Assembly: GCA_964506565.1 (NCBI GenBank)
Contig: CAZDLP010000001.1
Location: 2,139 to 57,874, forward strand
Direction: 5' to 3'
From: an uncultured Planctomycetia bacterium
GTDB taxonomy: Bacteria; Omnitrophota; Gorgyraeia; JABMRG01
Length of the DNA: 55,736 bases
Below the pieces are notes generated by a model. It did no database searches. It was given only the letters and a program-made list of their open reading frames with translations, and was not told the DNA's origin. Shown here in pieces: positions 44,592 through 55,669 of the stretch. Position numbers and translations under genes: made by a program. Within the stretch, counting starts at the first letter, position 1; each line of letters begins with the position of its first letter.

Positions 44592-45572
44592 TTAAGCCTC
44601 CAATACCTTAAGAAGGCTATAGAGATTCTGATCAGCCTCTTGCTTCTTTTTACATGCCTCTGCAAAACCGGTTAATATTACCTTGTTCGCTATAATGCCT
44701 ACCATCTTATCTGACTCACCCTCTATCAGCGATGTAACCGCTGATGAGCCTAATCGGGAAGCGAGTATCCTGTCTATAGCATTAGGCGAGCCCCCACGCT
44801 GAATATGCCCTAGCACTATTACCCGTGTTTCGTAACCTGTCATCTTTTCAATATTGTGGGCTACCTTGTGCCCGTGGCCAGCACCTTCAGCTACTACCAA
44901 TATCCAGCTAACCTTGCCTTTTTTACGAGCAGCTTTTATTTCCTGACATATTTTCTTAAAATCAGGCTTTATCTCAGGCAACAGGACCTCTTCCGCTCCT
45001 CCGGCAAGCGCTACCCTCATTGCTATATAGCCGCATTCCCTACCCATTACCTCAACTACGAATATTCTTTCAAGGCTTGTAACGGTATCACGTATCTTAT
45101 CAATCGCATCAAGCGCTACCCCGACAGCGGTAATAGAACCTATGCAGTAATCCGTCCCATTAATATCATTGTCTATCGTTCCCGGTACACCGATACATCT
45201 TATATCCGATTCTGCGGACAAAAGATGGGCCCCTTTAAATGATCCATTTCCACCTATAACTACCAGCCCATCTATCTTATGTTTCTTTAAATTATTTATA
45301 GCTTTTGCTCTGCCCCGTTTAGTCGTAAACTCTTCTGAACGTGCGGTTTTTATTACTGTACCGCCTCTATTCATAATATTGCTTACAGAACGCCTGTTAA
45401 ATTCTACAAAGTTATCCTCTATCAACCCTTTATATCCATGCATTACCGCAAAAGGCTTAATGCCATTATAGATAGCTGTCCTGACAACGCTTCTTAGGGC
45501 GGTATTCATGCCAGCACAATCTCCGCCGCTGGTCAATACCGCTATTCTTTTAATTTTTTTCGCGGGACTCAT
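44592..45572 (-). CDS. pfkA: 6-phosphofructokinase
   Basis: 326 aa with 'LTSGGDCAGMN', 'IGGNGS', 'PGTIDND' and 'VMGR'. Confidence 0.9.
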   Translation of the reverse strand: MSPAKKIKRIAVLTSGGDCAGMNTALRSVVRTAIYNGIKPFAVMHGYKGLIEDNFVEFNRRSVSNIMNRGGTVIKTARSEEFTTKRGRAKAINNLKKHKIDGLVVIGGNGSFKGAHLLSAESDIRCIGVPGTIDNDINGTDYCIGSITAVGVALDAIDKIRDTVTSLERIFVVEVMGRECGYIAMRVALAGGAEEVLLPEIKPDFKKICQEIKAARKKGKVSWILVVAEGAGHGHKVAHNIEKMTGYETRVIVLGHIQRGGSPNAIDRILASRLGSSAVTSLIEGESDKMVGIIANKVILTGFAEACKKKQEADQNLYSLLKVLEA

Positions 45573-46624
45573 AAATTGTCAAATTCCCCTTTATTTTTTG
45601 TCCTGAACTTTAGGACTTCTTCATCTATTATTCCATCGTCATATAGCTTTTTTAATGTCTTATCCATTGTTATCATCCCATGTTGCGCGTTTGTCTGGAT
45701 AACAGTAGCAAGTTGCTCTGTTTTCTGCTCTCTTATAAGGCTTCTTACTGCTGGGGTTCCTGTCATGACCTCACAGGCAACGACCCGGCCATTATTATCC
45801 TTTCTTGGAAGTAGCTGTTGGCATATAACGCCCTGCAAGCAACCCGCAAGCTGTATCATAATCTGCTTCTGCTGATGAGGGGGGAATATATCTATAAGTC
45901 GATCTATCGTCTGCGGCGCGTCAGGGGTATGAAGTGTACTGAGCACTAAGTGTCCTGTTTCCGCGGCTGTAACTGCTGTAGATATGGTCTCTAAATCTCT
46001 CATCTCACCTACAAGAATAACATCAGGATCCTGGCGCAGGGCGTGCTTTAACGCGCTTGTAAAGCTCTTTGTATCACTACCCACCTCTCTCTGCTTTATA
46101 ATGCTTTTTTTATTTTTATGAACATACTCTATCGGATCCTCAATGCTTATAATAAGACTCTGTCTTTCGCTGTTTACAATATCAACCATAGCGGAAAGAG
46201 TAGTACTCTTGCCCATACCGGTAGGTCCAGTTGCCAGTACCAGGCCATTTGGTTTTCTCGCGAGATCAGCGACAATAGGCGGAAGGCCGAGCTCTTCCGT
46301 TGTCTTTATCCTTGAAGGTATAACACGAAACGCCGCCTCTACACTACCTCTCTGCATATGAACATTGACCCTGAAGCGTGAAAGATCAGGTATATAAAGC
46401 GACATATCCAACTCAAGCTCTGTTTCAAATCTCACTTTCTGGTCATCATTTAAAATAGAATATATAGCTTTCTTACTTTCATCTCTTGTCAAAACAGGGT
46501 AAGTTGTATGTTGTAATGCCCCATCGATCCTCAAGGTAGGCGGCACCCCTTCTGTAAGATGGAGATCTGAAGCATCCTTATCCACAGCATATTGCAGTAA
46601 TTCTTTTATATCTATACTTGCCAT
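45569..46624 (-). CDS. pilT: Type IV pilus retraction ATPase PilT
   Basis: 351 aa with Walker A 'GPTGMGKST', 'GEMRD' and 'STLHT'. Confidence 0.85.
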   Translation of the reverse strand: MASIDIKELLQYAVDKDASDLHLTEGVPPTLRIDGALQHTTYPVLTRDESKKAIYSILNDDQKVRFETELELDMSLYIPDLSRFRVNVHMQRGSVEAAFRVIPSRIKTTEELGLPPIVADLARKPNGLVLATGPTGMGKSTTLSAMVDIVNSERQSLIISIEDPIEYVHKNKKSIIKQREVGSDTKSFTSALKHALRQDPDVILVGEMRDLETISTAVTAAETGHLVLSTLHTPDAPQTIDRLIDIFPPHQQKQIMIQLAGCLQGVICQQLLPRKDNNGRVVACEVMTGTPAVRSLIREQKTEQLATVIQTNAQHGMITMDKTLKKLYDDGIIDEEVLKFRTKNKGEFDNL

Positions 46625-46673
46625 TTGCGCGACTCCTTGCTCTTATATATTAAGTGAACTTACCTTTTATAGC

Positions 46674-47762
46674 TTAAGAAAAATTATTGTTACCGCCTGA
46701 AAGGATGTCCTTTAGTTTAAGGGCCAATTCATCAGGATTAGAAGCATAATTTAGGGCTGATTCCTTGCTAATAACAGATTTGTTAAGCCACTCCATAAGG
46801 GCTTGATTAAATGATCTCATGCCAAATAACTTGCCTTTTTCTATCACAGGCATGAGCTGGTTGCTCTTTCCTTCCATTATATATTTCTTTATGGTAGGCG
46901 TAGCCAACATGACTTCACAAGCAGGCACCCTGTCCGGTTTATCAGACCTTGGCACCAACCTCATGGAGAGCACGCCCTTTAAAAGCTGGGATAATTGCAA
47001 TTTTATTTGGTTATGGGCGTGTGGGGGGAAAAAGTTAATAATCCTCTCTACTGTCTGTGTCGCATCGACAGTATGCAAGGTGCTAAATACAAGGTGGCCT
47101 GTCTCAGCAGCCATTATAGCTGTCTGCATGGTCGCCACGTCACGCATTTCGCCAATTACGATAATATCGGGGCTCTGTCGTATAACATGACGCAACGCAC
47201 TTGAAAAATCCATCGTATCAGCGCCTACCTCTCTTTGCGAAATTATACTCTTTTTATCGGAATGGACATATTCAATAGGGTCTTCAATCGTTATTATATT
47301 CTTATCAAAGTTCGTATTTATATAATCTATCATCGACGCTATTGTTGTAGATTTACCGCTTCCGGCATGACCTGTAACGAGTACAAGCCCTCTGGGCTGA
47401 GAGGAAAGATTCTCCATAACATCTACGGGGAGATTTAAATCATCGAAAGATGGGATATTAATCTTTATAGAACGAAAGGTTATCGCTTTAGTGCCGCGCT
47501 GCATGTAAACATTGAACCGAAACCTGCCTAATCCGGGTATGCTATATGCCGCGTCAAGTTCCTTTGTTGATAAAAAATGCTTCTTTTGCTCATCAGTTAA
47601 TACGGAGTCCAGTATGCTATCCAGGTCAAATGGCTCAATCTTTTCTCCTCCTGCAGATATCAGCTTATCATTTACCCTAAAACAAGGCGGACTTGCTATC
47701 TTAAAATAAAGGTCTGAAGCCCCTTTATCAAGCATCTGCCTTAAATAGTCATCTATCTTCAT
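46674..47762 (-). CDS. PilT/PilU-family ATPase (second paralogue)
   Basis: Walker A 'GHAGSGKST', 'GEMRD' and 'STLHT'. I moved the start to the ATG at 47762, which is preceded by GGGAG. Confidence 0.85.
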   Translation of the reverse strand: MKIDDYLRQMLDKGASDLYFKIASPPCFRVNDKLISAGGEKIEPFDLDSILDSVLTDEQKKHFLSTKELDAAYSIPGLGRFRFNVYMQRGTKAITFRSIKINIPSFDDLNLPVDVMENLSSQPRGLVLVTGHAGSGKSTTIASMIDYINTNFDKNIITIEDPIEYVHSDKKSIISQREVGADTMDFSSALRHVIRQSPDIIVIGEMRDVATMQTAIMAAETGHLVFSTLHTVDATQTVERIINFFPPHAHNQIKLQLSQLLKGVLSMRLVPRSDKPDRVPACEVMLATPTIKKYIMEGKSNQLMPVIEKGKLFGMRSFNQALMEWLNKSVISKESALNYASNPDELALKLKDILSGGNNNFS

Positions 47763-47870
47763 ATAGACTCCCAAATTTTAAAAAAGTGTTCAAAACCACT
47801 AAAACGATTATCCTGATTTTCAGTTTTTATATTATTTCCTAGCACCAAACACCGAGTATCAAATACCGGG

Positions 47871-49127
<1,257 letters not shown>

Positions 49128-49167
49128 CTATTCTCCTGTTTTATGTTATAAAATTAATAATCTTAAT

Positions 49168-50313
49168 TTATATTTTTTTTGATTTCTGCGCCAATAATTT
49201 CGCCTTGTCTGTCTCTTCCCATGTAAAGCCATCTCTTCCAAAATGTCCATAAGCTGCTGTCTGGCGATATATAGGCCTTCTCAGCTTTAAACAGTCTATT
49301 ATGCCTTTTGGCGTAAGATCAAAATTCTCCCATAGCAGCTTCTGTATTTTTAAATCACTTATATTGCCTGTACCGTGTGTATTTACCATAAGACTAACAG
49401 GCTCTGCCACGCCAATAGCATAAGCTAATTGCACCTCGCATCTCTTAGCCAGCTTTGAGGCAACTACATTCTTTGCTAAATAGCGCGCCATGTATGAAGC
49501 AGAGCGATCCACTTTACTCGGATCCTTACCTGAAAACGCGCCACCACCATGACTTCCAACGCCACCATATGTATCGACTATTATCTTTCTTCCCGTAACA
49601 CCTGTATCGCCCTGAGGGCCACCAACCTCAAATCTGCCTGTGGGATTTATATATATTGTAGTATTCTTATCTAGCATCTCCTTTGGAAGAACCGCATCAA
49701 TAACAAGTTTCTTTATGTCCCTTTTTATCTGCGCCATCTTCACCCTATGGTCATGATGAGCGCTGATTACTACAGAATCTATTCTACTAGGGCGATTTTC
49801 ATGATACTCTACCGTTACCTGACTCTTACCATCAGGACGCAGATAATTAATAACATTCTTTTTTCGTACTTCTGCAAGTTTACGCGTCAATTTATGCGCA
49901 AGACTTATAGAAATAGGCATCATCTCTTTGGTCTCATCTGTCGCGTAACCAAACATCATACCTTGGTCCCCCGCACCACCTGTATCGACTCCTAACGCTA
50001 TATCCGGTGACTGTTCCTGAACAGCGCTTATTACGCCACAAGTATGATAATCAAAGCCAAAAGCAGCGCTCGTATAACCTATGTCTTTGATGGTATTTCG
50101 TACAATCTTTGGTATTTCAACATAGCAGGCAGTAGTTATCTCGCCAGCTACTATAGCAAGGCCGGTAGTGACCATTGTCTCACAAGCAACCCTGCCGTTT
50201 GGATCCTTTTCATATATTGCGTCGAGTACCGCGTCTGAAATTTGATCACATAGCTTATCCGGATGGCCTTCTGTTACAGATTCTGATGTAAAAAGGTGTC
50301 TTCCTCTCTTCAA
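49168..50313 (-). CDS. metK: S-adenosylmethionine synthetase
   Basis: 381 aa with '[13 protein letters not shown]', 'GAGDQG' and 'GGGAFSGKD'. TTG start with a GGAGGA SD. Confidence 0.9.
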   Translation of the reverse strand: MKRGRHLFTSESVTEGHPDKLCDQISDAVLDAIYEKDPNGRVACETMVTTGLAIVAGEITTACYVEIPKIVRNTIKDIGYTSAAFGFDYHTCGVISAVQEQSPDIALGVDTGGAGDQGMMFGYATDETKEMMPISISLAHKLTRKLAEVRKKNVINYLRPDGKSQVTVEYHENRPSRIDSVVISAHHDHRVKMAQIKRDIKKLVIDAVLPKEMLDKNTTIYINPTGRFEVGGPQGDTGVTGRKIIVDTYGGVGSHGGGAFSGKDPSKVDRSASYMARYLAKNVVASKLAKRCEVQLAYAIGVAEPVSLMVNTHGTGNISDLKIQKLLWENFDLTPKGIIDCLKLRRPIYRQTAAYGHFGRDGFTWEETDKAKLLAQKSKKI

Positions 50314-50360
50314 TTTCTTTTCTCCTCCTATTGTAATGCGGTTATCAATGTTTTTGCATA

Positions 50361-50469
50361 ACCACTGTCCCGAACAAGTTAAAAGCCACTAATAAGCTAT
50401 TAGCGCCAGAAGGTTCTTTAAGCGCTACTAAAATAACTTTATTGCGATTAAAAAACTGTTTCGGTTTTT
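50361..50469 (-). repeat. 109-nt intergenic repeat, copy R2 (between the nucleotidyltransferase stop and the metK RBS)
   Basis: See R1. It has the same length and the same conserved termini and hairpin. Confidence 0.6.
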
Positions 50470-50473
50470 AGGT

Positions 50474-51214
50474 TTATTTTTTCCATTTTAAATTTTGTGC
50501 TCTTTTCAAAGATTTCTTATCTCCGATATCAAGCCATCTTCCCACAAACGTGTATCCGTAAACAGATTCTTTGCGCGATAGCCACTTGATAAAAGAACCT
50601 GCCAGATCAAGGGGATTGCCATCTACCTTATATTTCTTTAATAACCTTATCTTCTGCTTAGGAAAATAATACAAGCACATAGCCGCAAGCGTAGATTTTG
50701 GCTGTTTGGGTTTTTCCTGAAATAAGGTTATCTTGCATTTTTTATCCAACGCTACAATACCGTATTCTTTTGCGGATCTTATATCTCCTACATCAAATAG
50801 TCCTATGGTAGCGCTGGGAGAATTCTCCTTTGCTCTACTTATAAAATCGCTCAAATTAAAATCGAATATATTATCTCCCGCTATCACGAGAATATCAGTA
50901 TCTATCTTTTTTTTATTTATAGAAAAAATTATATCTCCGATAGAGCCTCTTCTATCCTCGAGCGTCTTCATGCCATCATCTATAATAGATATCTTTTTAC
51001 CGCTGCGATAATTATTTTTCCAGTCTTTAAAATTCTTGACAAACTTGGTGTTCGTAACGATATAGATATCCCTTGCCTTCTCTATTCCCTCAAGCCTTAA
51101 AAGGATATGCTCAACCATAGGCTTTTTACCTATAGGCAGGAGTGGTTTAGGCATATTTAGCGTAAGAGGCCAAAGCCTTGTAGCATATCCCGCTGCGAGT
51201 ATTATCGTCTTCAT
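50474..51214 (-). CDS. Sugar-phosphate nucleotidyltransferase
   Basis: 246 aa starting 'IILAAGYATRLWPLT..PKPLLPI'. Confidence 0.8.
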   Translation of the reverse strand: MKTIILAAGYATRLWPLTLNMPKPLLPIGKKPMVEHILLRLEGIEKARDIYIVTNTKFVKNFKDWKNNYRSGKKISIIDDGMKTLEDRRGSIGDIIFSINKKKIDTDILVIAGDNIFDFNLSDFISRAKENSPSATIGLFDVGDIRSAKEYGIVALDKKCKITLFQEKPKQPKSTLAAMCLYYFPKQKIRLLKKYKVDGNPLDLAGSFIKWLSRKESVYGYTFVGRWLDIGDKKSLKRAQNLKWKK

Positions 51215-51219
51215 AAATA

Positions 51220-52956
51220 TTAATTCTCGGTTTTAAATACAATATCCTTAAATCTTTTAGATACAAGTGCCTCTATATCCCTACCCGTATAAAGGGTTAA
51301 CGCCTCAGCTACCAAACTCTTTGCCTCATCGTACCTTACAGATCGCACAACCTTCTTGATCTTTAAAAGAGATGGCGCCGGCACACTAAATTCGTCCAGG
51401 CCAAGACCCAATAAAAGTGGTGTAAATTTCGGCTCTCCCGCCATCTCTCCACACATCCCTACCCAGATACCTTTTGAATGGCCCGCATCAATTATATTTT
51501 TTATTAATCTTAATACCGCGGGATGCGCAGGCTCATAAAGATAGGCTATCTTTTCATTTACCCTATCTACAGCTAAGGCGTATTGGATAAGATCATTTGT
51601 TCCAATACTAAAAAAATCGACCTTAGTCGCTAATATATCCGCGATAATAGCAGCCGAGGGAACCTCTATCATGACCCCAACCTCCATATCTCTACCATAA
51701 GCTATTTTTTTGGATTTAAGCTCTTGCTTTGCCTCCTCAAGGCATACATTCGCTGCCTCTAATTCTTCCATGCCTGATATCATAGGATACATCAGCCTTA
51801 CTTTGCCATACGCTGACGCACGCAGTATAGCGCGAAGCTGTATCTTAAAAAGCTCCGGCCGGGCAAGGCTTAAACGTATCGCACGACAACCAAGAAAAGG
51901 ATTCATCTCCTTAGGAACGTCTAATTGCGAAAGAAATTTATCCCCACCAAGATCAAGACTTCTTATCGTTAACGCGTTAGGCTTTATTTTCTCAACAACA
52001 TTCCTATATGCCCTATAGTGTTCTTCCTCCGTTGGCAAGCCCTGACGGTTCATATAAAAATACTCTGTCCTGTAAAGTCCTATTCCTTCTGCGCCATATG
52101 ATAATACAGCTGGTATCTCATCGGATAATTCTATATTAGCACCAAGCTCTATACGATGGCCGTCCTTTGTCTGGGCAGGTAGGGTCTTTAGTTCCTGGAG
52201 CTCTGTGTTGAATTTTTCCAGCTTCTTTTGTTCTCTGAGATATTGAGAAAGTACACTACGGCTTGGATTTACATAAACAATACCGGAGGTTCCATCAACT
52301 ATTACTATATCCCCATTTTTAACATTTTCTGTTATGTTCTCAAGCCCGACAACAGCCGGAATCTCAAGAGATTTAGCCATAATCGCGGTATGGGATGTTT
52401 TCCCGCCTATATCAGAAACAAAAGCTATAACATGCTTTCTATGCATAGTGGCTGTATCACTGGGCGAGAGATCATACGCAACTACTACAGATTGGGGTGG
52501 GAGGTTTAGAAGAGTCTGCTTTTCCTTTCCAAGAAGATTTCTAATAAGCCGTTTGCCCACATCTTCAATATCCGATATCCGCTCCTTGAGATATTCATCA
52601 TCCATCTTCTGGAAAGCACTTATGTACTTGTGTAATACATCTTCAAATATATACTCTATATTGTACCTTTGGCTCCTTAAACGGGTTACAATCTCGTCTA
52701 TAATCATCCTGTCCTCAAGAACAAGAAGATGGGCATTGAATATCTCCGCGTGTTTTATGCCCATCTCAGAGGCGATGTTATTTCGTATAGCGATTATCTC
52801 AGAACGGGTCTTTATAAGAGCTTCTTCAAAACGTGCGATCTCACTAGGGATATCCGTAATCTTAATTTTAAAACACGGAACCCTTACATCTTCACTGTTA
52901 TAAAGAAACACTTTCCCCGTAGCTATACCCGGAGATGCCGCGATACCTTTAAACAT
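51220..52956 (-). CDS. ptsI: PTS Enzyme I (PEP-protein phosphotransferase)
   Basis: 578 aa with the active-site His region '[11 protein letters not shown]' and the PEP-utilising domain 'GTNDLIQY'. Confidence 0.9.
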   Translation of the reverse strand: MFKGIAASPGIATGKVFLYNSEDVRVPCFKIKITDIPSEIARFEEALIKTRSEIIAIRNNIASEMGIKHAEIFNAHLLVLEDRMIIDEIVTRLRSQRYNIEYIFEDVLHKYISAFQKMDDEYLKERISDIEDVGKRLIRNLLGKEKQTLLNLPPQSVVVAYDLSPSDTATMHRKHVIAFVSDIGGKTSHTAIMAKSLEIPAVVGLENITENVKNGDIVIVDGTSGIVYVNPSRSVLSQYLREQKKLEKFNTELQELKTLPAQTKDGHRIELGANIELSDEIPAVLSYGAEGIGLYRTEYFYMNRQGLPTEEEHYRAYRNVVEKIKPNALTIRSLDLGGDKFLSQLDVPKEMNPFLGCRAIRLSLARPELFKIQLRAILRASAYGKVRLMYPMISGMEELEAANVCLEEAKQELKSKKIAYGRDMEVGVMIEVPSAAIIADILATKVDFFSIGTNDLIQYALAVDRVNEKIAYLYEPAHPAVLRLIKNIIDAGHSKGIWVGMCGEMAGEPKFTPLLLGLGLDEFSVPAPSLLKIKKVVRSVRYDEAKSLVAEALTLYTGRDIEALVSKRFKDIVFKTEN

Positions 52957-52972
52957 CCTTTAAAAACCCTCT

Positions 52973-53263
52973 CTATTTAAGGTCAAATAAATCCTGGCTC
53001 TCTGACAATAGTATCTTCTCAAGCTCTATAACCGCTTCTTCAGCATCTGTGCCAATAGCTTTCAGACAAACCTTTGCGCCCTTTTCCGCTGCCAACATCA
53101 GGATGCCCATTATCGATTTACCATTTACTTCTTCGCCATCTTTTACAACAAAGATGTCACTGTCAAACTTATTGGCGATCTGTACAAATAGGGCCGCCGG
53201 GCGGGCATGCAAGCCCTGCTTGCTCTTAATCACTATATTTTTTTCTATGGTCTTATTTTCCAT
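52973..53263 (-). CDS. ptsH: Phosphocarrier protein HPr
   Basis: 96 aa with the His15 motif 'GLHARPA' and the Ser46 region 'GKSIMGI'. Confidence 0.9.
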   Translation of the reverse strand: MENKTIEKNIVIKSKQGLHARPAALFVQIANKFDSDIFVVKDGEEVNGKSIMGILMLAAEKGAKVCLKAIGTDAEEAVIELEKILLSESQDLFDLK

Positions 53264-53296
53264 ATCGGCGCTCTGTTCTTTTCAATCTTATCGCTT

Positions 53297-54598
53297 CTAC
53301 TGATGCGCTGCCTCTGTCTTTGCTATTGATATTATATCCATAATAGCCATAGCAAGCCTACGAGGATTATGTCTTAAGTATTCCTTTTTACCCTGTTCGC
53401 CCACGACTGTAAAGTTATCCTCTACCGATATTATGCCTAATCTTTTAATCTCATCTATATCCACCTCTACCTGATAAGAACCTTGAGTCGCGTAACGCCC
53501 TGCCAATGTCTTTGATATCGTGGAATTATTTATTACCGCATAATCTATACGGCGTAATTGCGTATTATTATATAAAGCCTTTATATGTTCACTGACCTTG
53601 TAATAATCTGTTTCGCCCTGCTGCGTCATAACATTACAGACGTAAATTTTTATAGCTGAGGAATCATTTATCACCTCAGCTATAGAGCCTACTAATAAAT
53701 TCGGTATAATGCTGGTGTATAAACTACCTGGCCCTAATATAATAGCATCCGCGTCTTTAATGGCCTCGATCGCGCTTACCGTAGATTCGCAATGCAAAGG
53801 TTGCAGGGATATTCTCTTAATAGGGCTTTTATTGCTCCTTGTTGTTATGTTCTCCTCGCCTAACGTGATAGAACCATCTTCTAACTCAGCGACTAATCTT
53901 ATTTTATTCAATGAAGAAGGAACAACGCGCCCTCTGATAGCAAGAATCTTACTGGCTGCCTGAACAGCCTTCTCAAAACCTTGGGTTACCCGCGATAAAG
54001 CCAGGATAAAAATATTACCGAAACTATGTCCGCTAAATGCGGACTCTTTATCAAACCTATATTGAAATAACTCTTCCATTAAAGGGCTTGTATCCGCGAG
54101 AGCCACAAGGCAGTTTCGTATATCACCAGGGGGCAATATATCAAAATCTTGTCTAAGTTTGCCTGAAGATCCACCCTCATCAGCTACAGTAACTATAGCG
54201 GTCAGATTGCTAGTATGCTGCTTTAGCCCTTGAAGTAGAGTAGATAATCCTGTGCCCCCTCCAACTGTCGCTATCTTGAGCCCTCTTACAAGATGCTTCT
54301 TCTGGTAGACCAGATCCACAAGCTCTTCTTCGCGCTCAGGCAAGACAACGCCGATAAAAGTAAATATTATCTGCTTTATACCAAATGCGATTATGACTAT
54401 CCCAAGAAACATATAAAGGATGCCGACAGCCCTGAAAAGTGTTGTTGGGCCCGCGAGAAATTGACCACCAGCTACAATAAGTACTATCCCTATAAACGAT
54501 AAGATAAGCCAGCGCTTCACCCCCATACCAGGATAAAACCACTTAAACGGCTTTAGAAACTGCGATACCTTCTTTTTTAGCCTTATCTTTTTACCCAC
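53297..54598 (-). CDS. yvcK: YvcK/CofD-family gluconeogenesis factor with an N-terminal transmembrane extension
   Basis: 433 aa. The core begins 'VGGGTGLSTLLQGLK' and is preceded by ~100 aa with 2-3 hydrophobic helices. Confidence 0.8.
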   Translation of the reverse strand: MGKKIRLKKKVSQFLKPFKWFYPGMGVKRWLILSFIGIVLIVAGGQFLAGPTTLFRAVGILYMFLGIVIIAFGIKQIIFTFIGVVLPEREEELVDLVYQKKHLVRGLKIATVGGGTGLSTLLQGLKQHTSNLTAIVTVADEGGSSGKLRQDFDILPPGDIRNCLVALADTSPLMEELFQYRFDKESAFSGHSFGNIFILALSRVTQGFEKAVQAASKILAIRGRVVPSSLNKIRLVAELEDGSITLGEENITTRSNKSPIKRISLQPLHCESTVSAIEAIKDADAIILGPGSLYTSIIPNLLVGSIAEVINDSSAIKIYVCNVMTQQGETDYYKVSEHIKALYNNTQLRRIDYAVINNSTISKTLAGRYATQGSYQVEVDIDEIKRLGIISVEDNFTVVGEQGKKEYLRHNPRRLAMAIMDIISIAKTEAAHQ

Positions 54599-54600
54599 AA

Positions 54601-55062
54601 TTAAGACTTTCCGTCTTCCTGTCTTATGATATCAAAGATAATATCTTTATTTTTTGCTGATGTAAGAGAGTCGCGAATGAATTTATCCTGAAGCATGCGG
54701 GATATCTTTGCCAGTGCCTTAAGGTGGGGGCCTGCGGCATCTTCCGGTGCGACTAGTAACAGAAATATATAAGTTGGCTCACCATCCAGCGAGTCAAAAT
54801 CTACACCAGTACGTGAAATACCAAGAGCCGCAACTAAATTTTTTACCACGCTTGATTTTGCGTGAGGTATGCCTATGCCCTGGCCTATCCCTGTTGAACC
54901 AAGTTGCTCTCTGTTCATAAGTGTATCAATCAGAGATTTTTTATCCTTTATCGGGTGGACTTTTGAGAGCAGGTCAACTAATTCGGTTATAACATCTTCC
55001 TTCTTTGCAGATACAATGTCTGCTGTAATAGCATTCTTATCCAAAAATTCAAGCATCTTCAT
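54601..55062 (-). CDS. ptsN: PTS EIIA(Ntr) (PtsN-type)
   Basis: 153 aa with 'GIGIPHAK' and 'DGEPTYIFLLL'. Confidence 0.85.
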   Translation of the reverse strand: MKMLEFLDKNAITADIVSAKKEDVITELVDLLSKVHPIKDKKSLIDTLMNREQLGSTGIGQGIGIPHAKSSVVKNLVAALGISRTGVDFDSLDGEPTYIFLLLVAPEDAAGPHLKALAKISRMLQDKFIRDSLTSAKNKDIIFDIIRQEDGKS

Positions 55063-55096
55063 ACGCTACATCTCTCTCCTTATTAGATTAAAAAAA

Positions 55097-55172
55097 TGGA
55101 GCGGGTGATCGGGTTCGAACCGACGACAATCACGTTGGCAACGTGATGCTCTACCAACTGAGCTACACCCGC
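55097..55172 (-). tRNA. tRNA-Gly (anticodon GCC), CCA encoded
   Basis: Hand-folded cloverleaf on the reverse complement: gcgggtg/cacccgc acceptor, anticodon loop ttGCCaa, T-loop ttcgaac. 76 nt. Confidence 0.9.
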
Positions 55173-55423
55173 TTGGATTATCAAATAACACCTGTATGTT
55201 TAATCAGCAAAGTAGAATTGCCCTGTCTTGACTCTTGTGTGCTAGCTTTCCGGTGGAGCTTCGTAAGAGCTTTTCATTCCTTCGTAGCCCTACCAGAGTG
55301 GCTACATCGAAGGGCAAAAAAAGAATGGCTTGCCATGTACCCGAAAATTTGCCTTAAACCACGCGTTACTTTGCAACTCTGGTTCAAGGCATATACCACC
55401 TAAAGGCAAATTCGAATGGTACA

Positions 55424-55508
55424 TGGTGCGGATGGAGGGAGTTGAACCCCCACGAGTTACCCCACTAGTTCCTAAGACTAGCGCGTCTGCCAATTCCGCC
55501 ACATCCGC
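55424..55508 (-). tRNA. tRNA-Leu (anticodon UAG), long variable arm, CCA encoded
   Basis: Acceptor gcggatg/catccgc, anticodon stem-loop ctagt-ctTAGga-actag, a long extra arm, and T-loop ttcaact. 85 nt. Confidence 0.9.
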
Positions 55509-55542
55509 GAAATTACTACAATAAAACCTACAACCTTACTTG

Positions 55543-55618
55543 TGGTACCCGCACAAGGACTCGAACCTTGGACCTTGTCCTTAAGAGGGACCTGCTCTAC
55601 CAACTGAGCTATGCGGGC
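55543..55618 (-). tRNA. tRNA-Lys (anticodon CUU), CCA encoded
   Basis: Acceptor gcccgca/tgcgggt, anticodon loop ctCTTaa, T-loop ttcgagt. 76 nt. Confidence 0.9.
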
Positions 55619-55639
55619 ATACTGAACAAATTGTCACTT

Positions 55640-55669
55640 ATATTAACATAAAAACATATATAATGTCAA
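55640..55669 (-). promoter_or_regulatory. Sigma70-like promoter for the tRNA cluster
   Basis: On the minus strand, TTGACA - 18 nt - TAATAT, ending about 20 nt upstream of tRNA-Lys. Confidence 0.5.

Noticed and set aside
47775-47870. Possible third copy of the R1/R2 repeat ('aaaaccactaaaacg')
   Set aside because: Only about a 10-12-nt match to the R1/R2 core is present, and the conserved termini and hairpin are absent. This is consistent with chance in AT-rich DNA.
55143-55524. ORFs 55143..55403 (+), 55302..55502 (-) and 55330..55524 (+)
   Set aside because: They overlap the tRNA-Gly and tRNA-Leu genes and the structured spacer. There is no SD and no protein-like motif.
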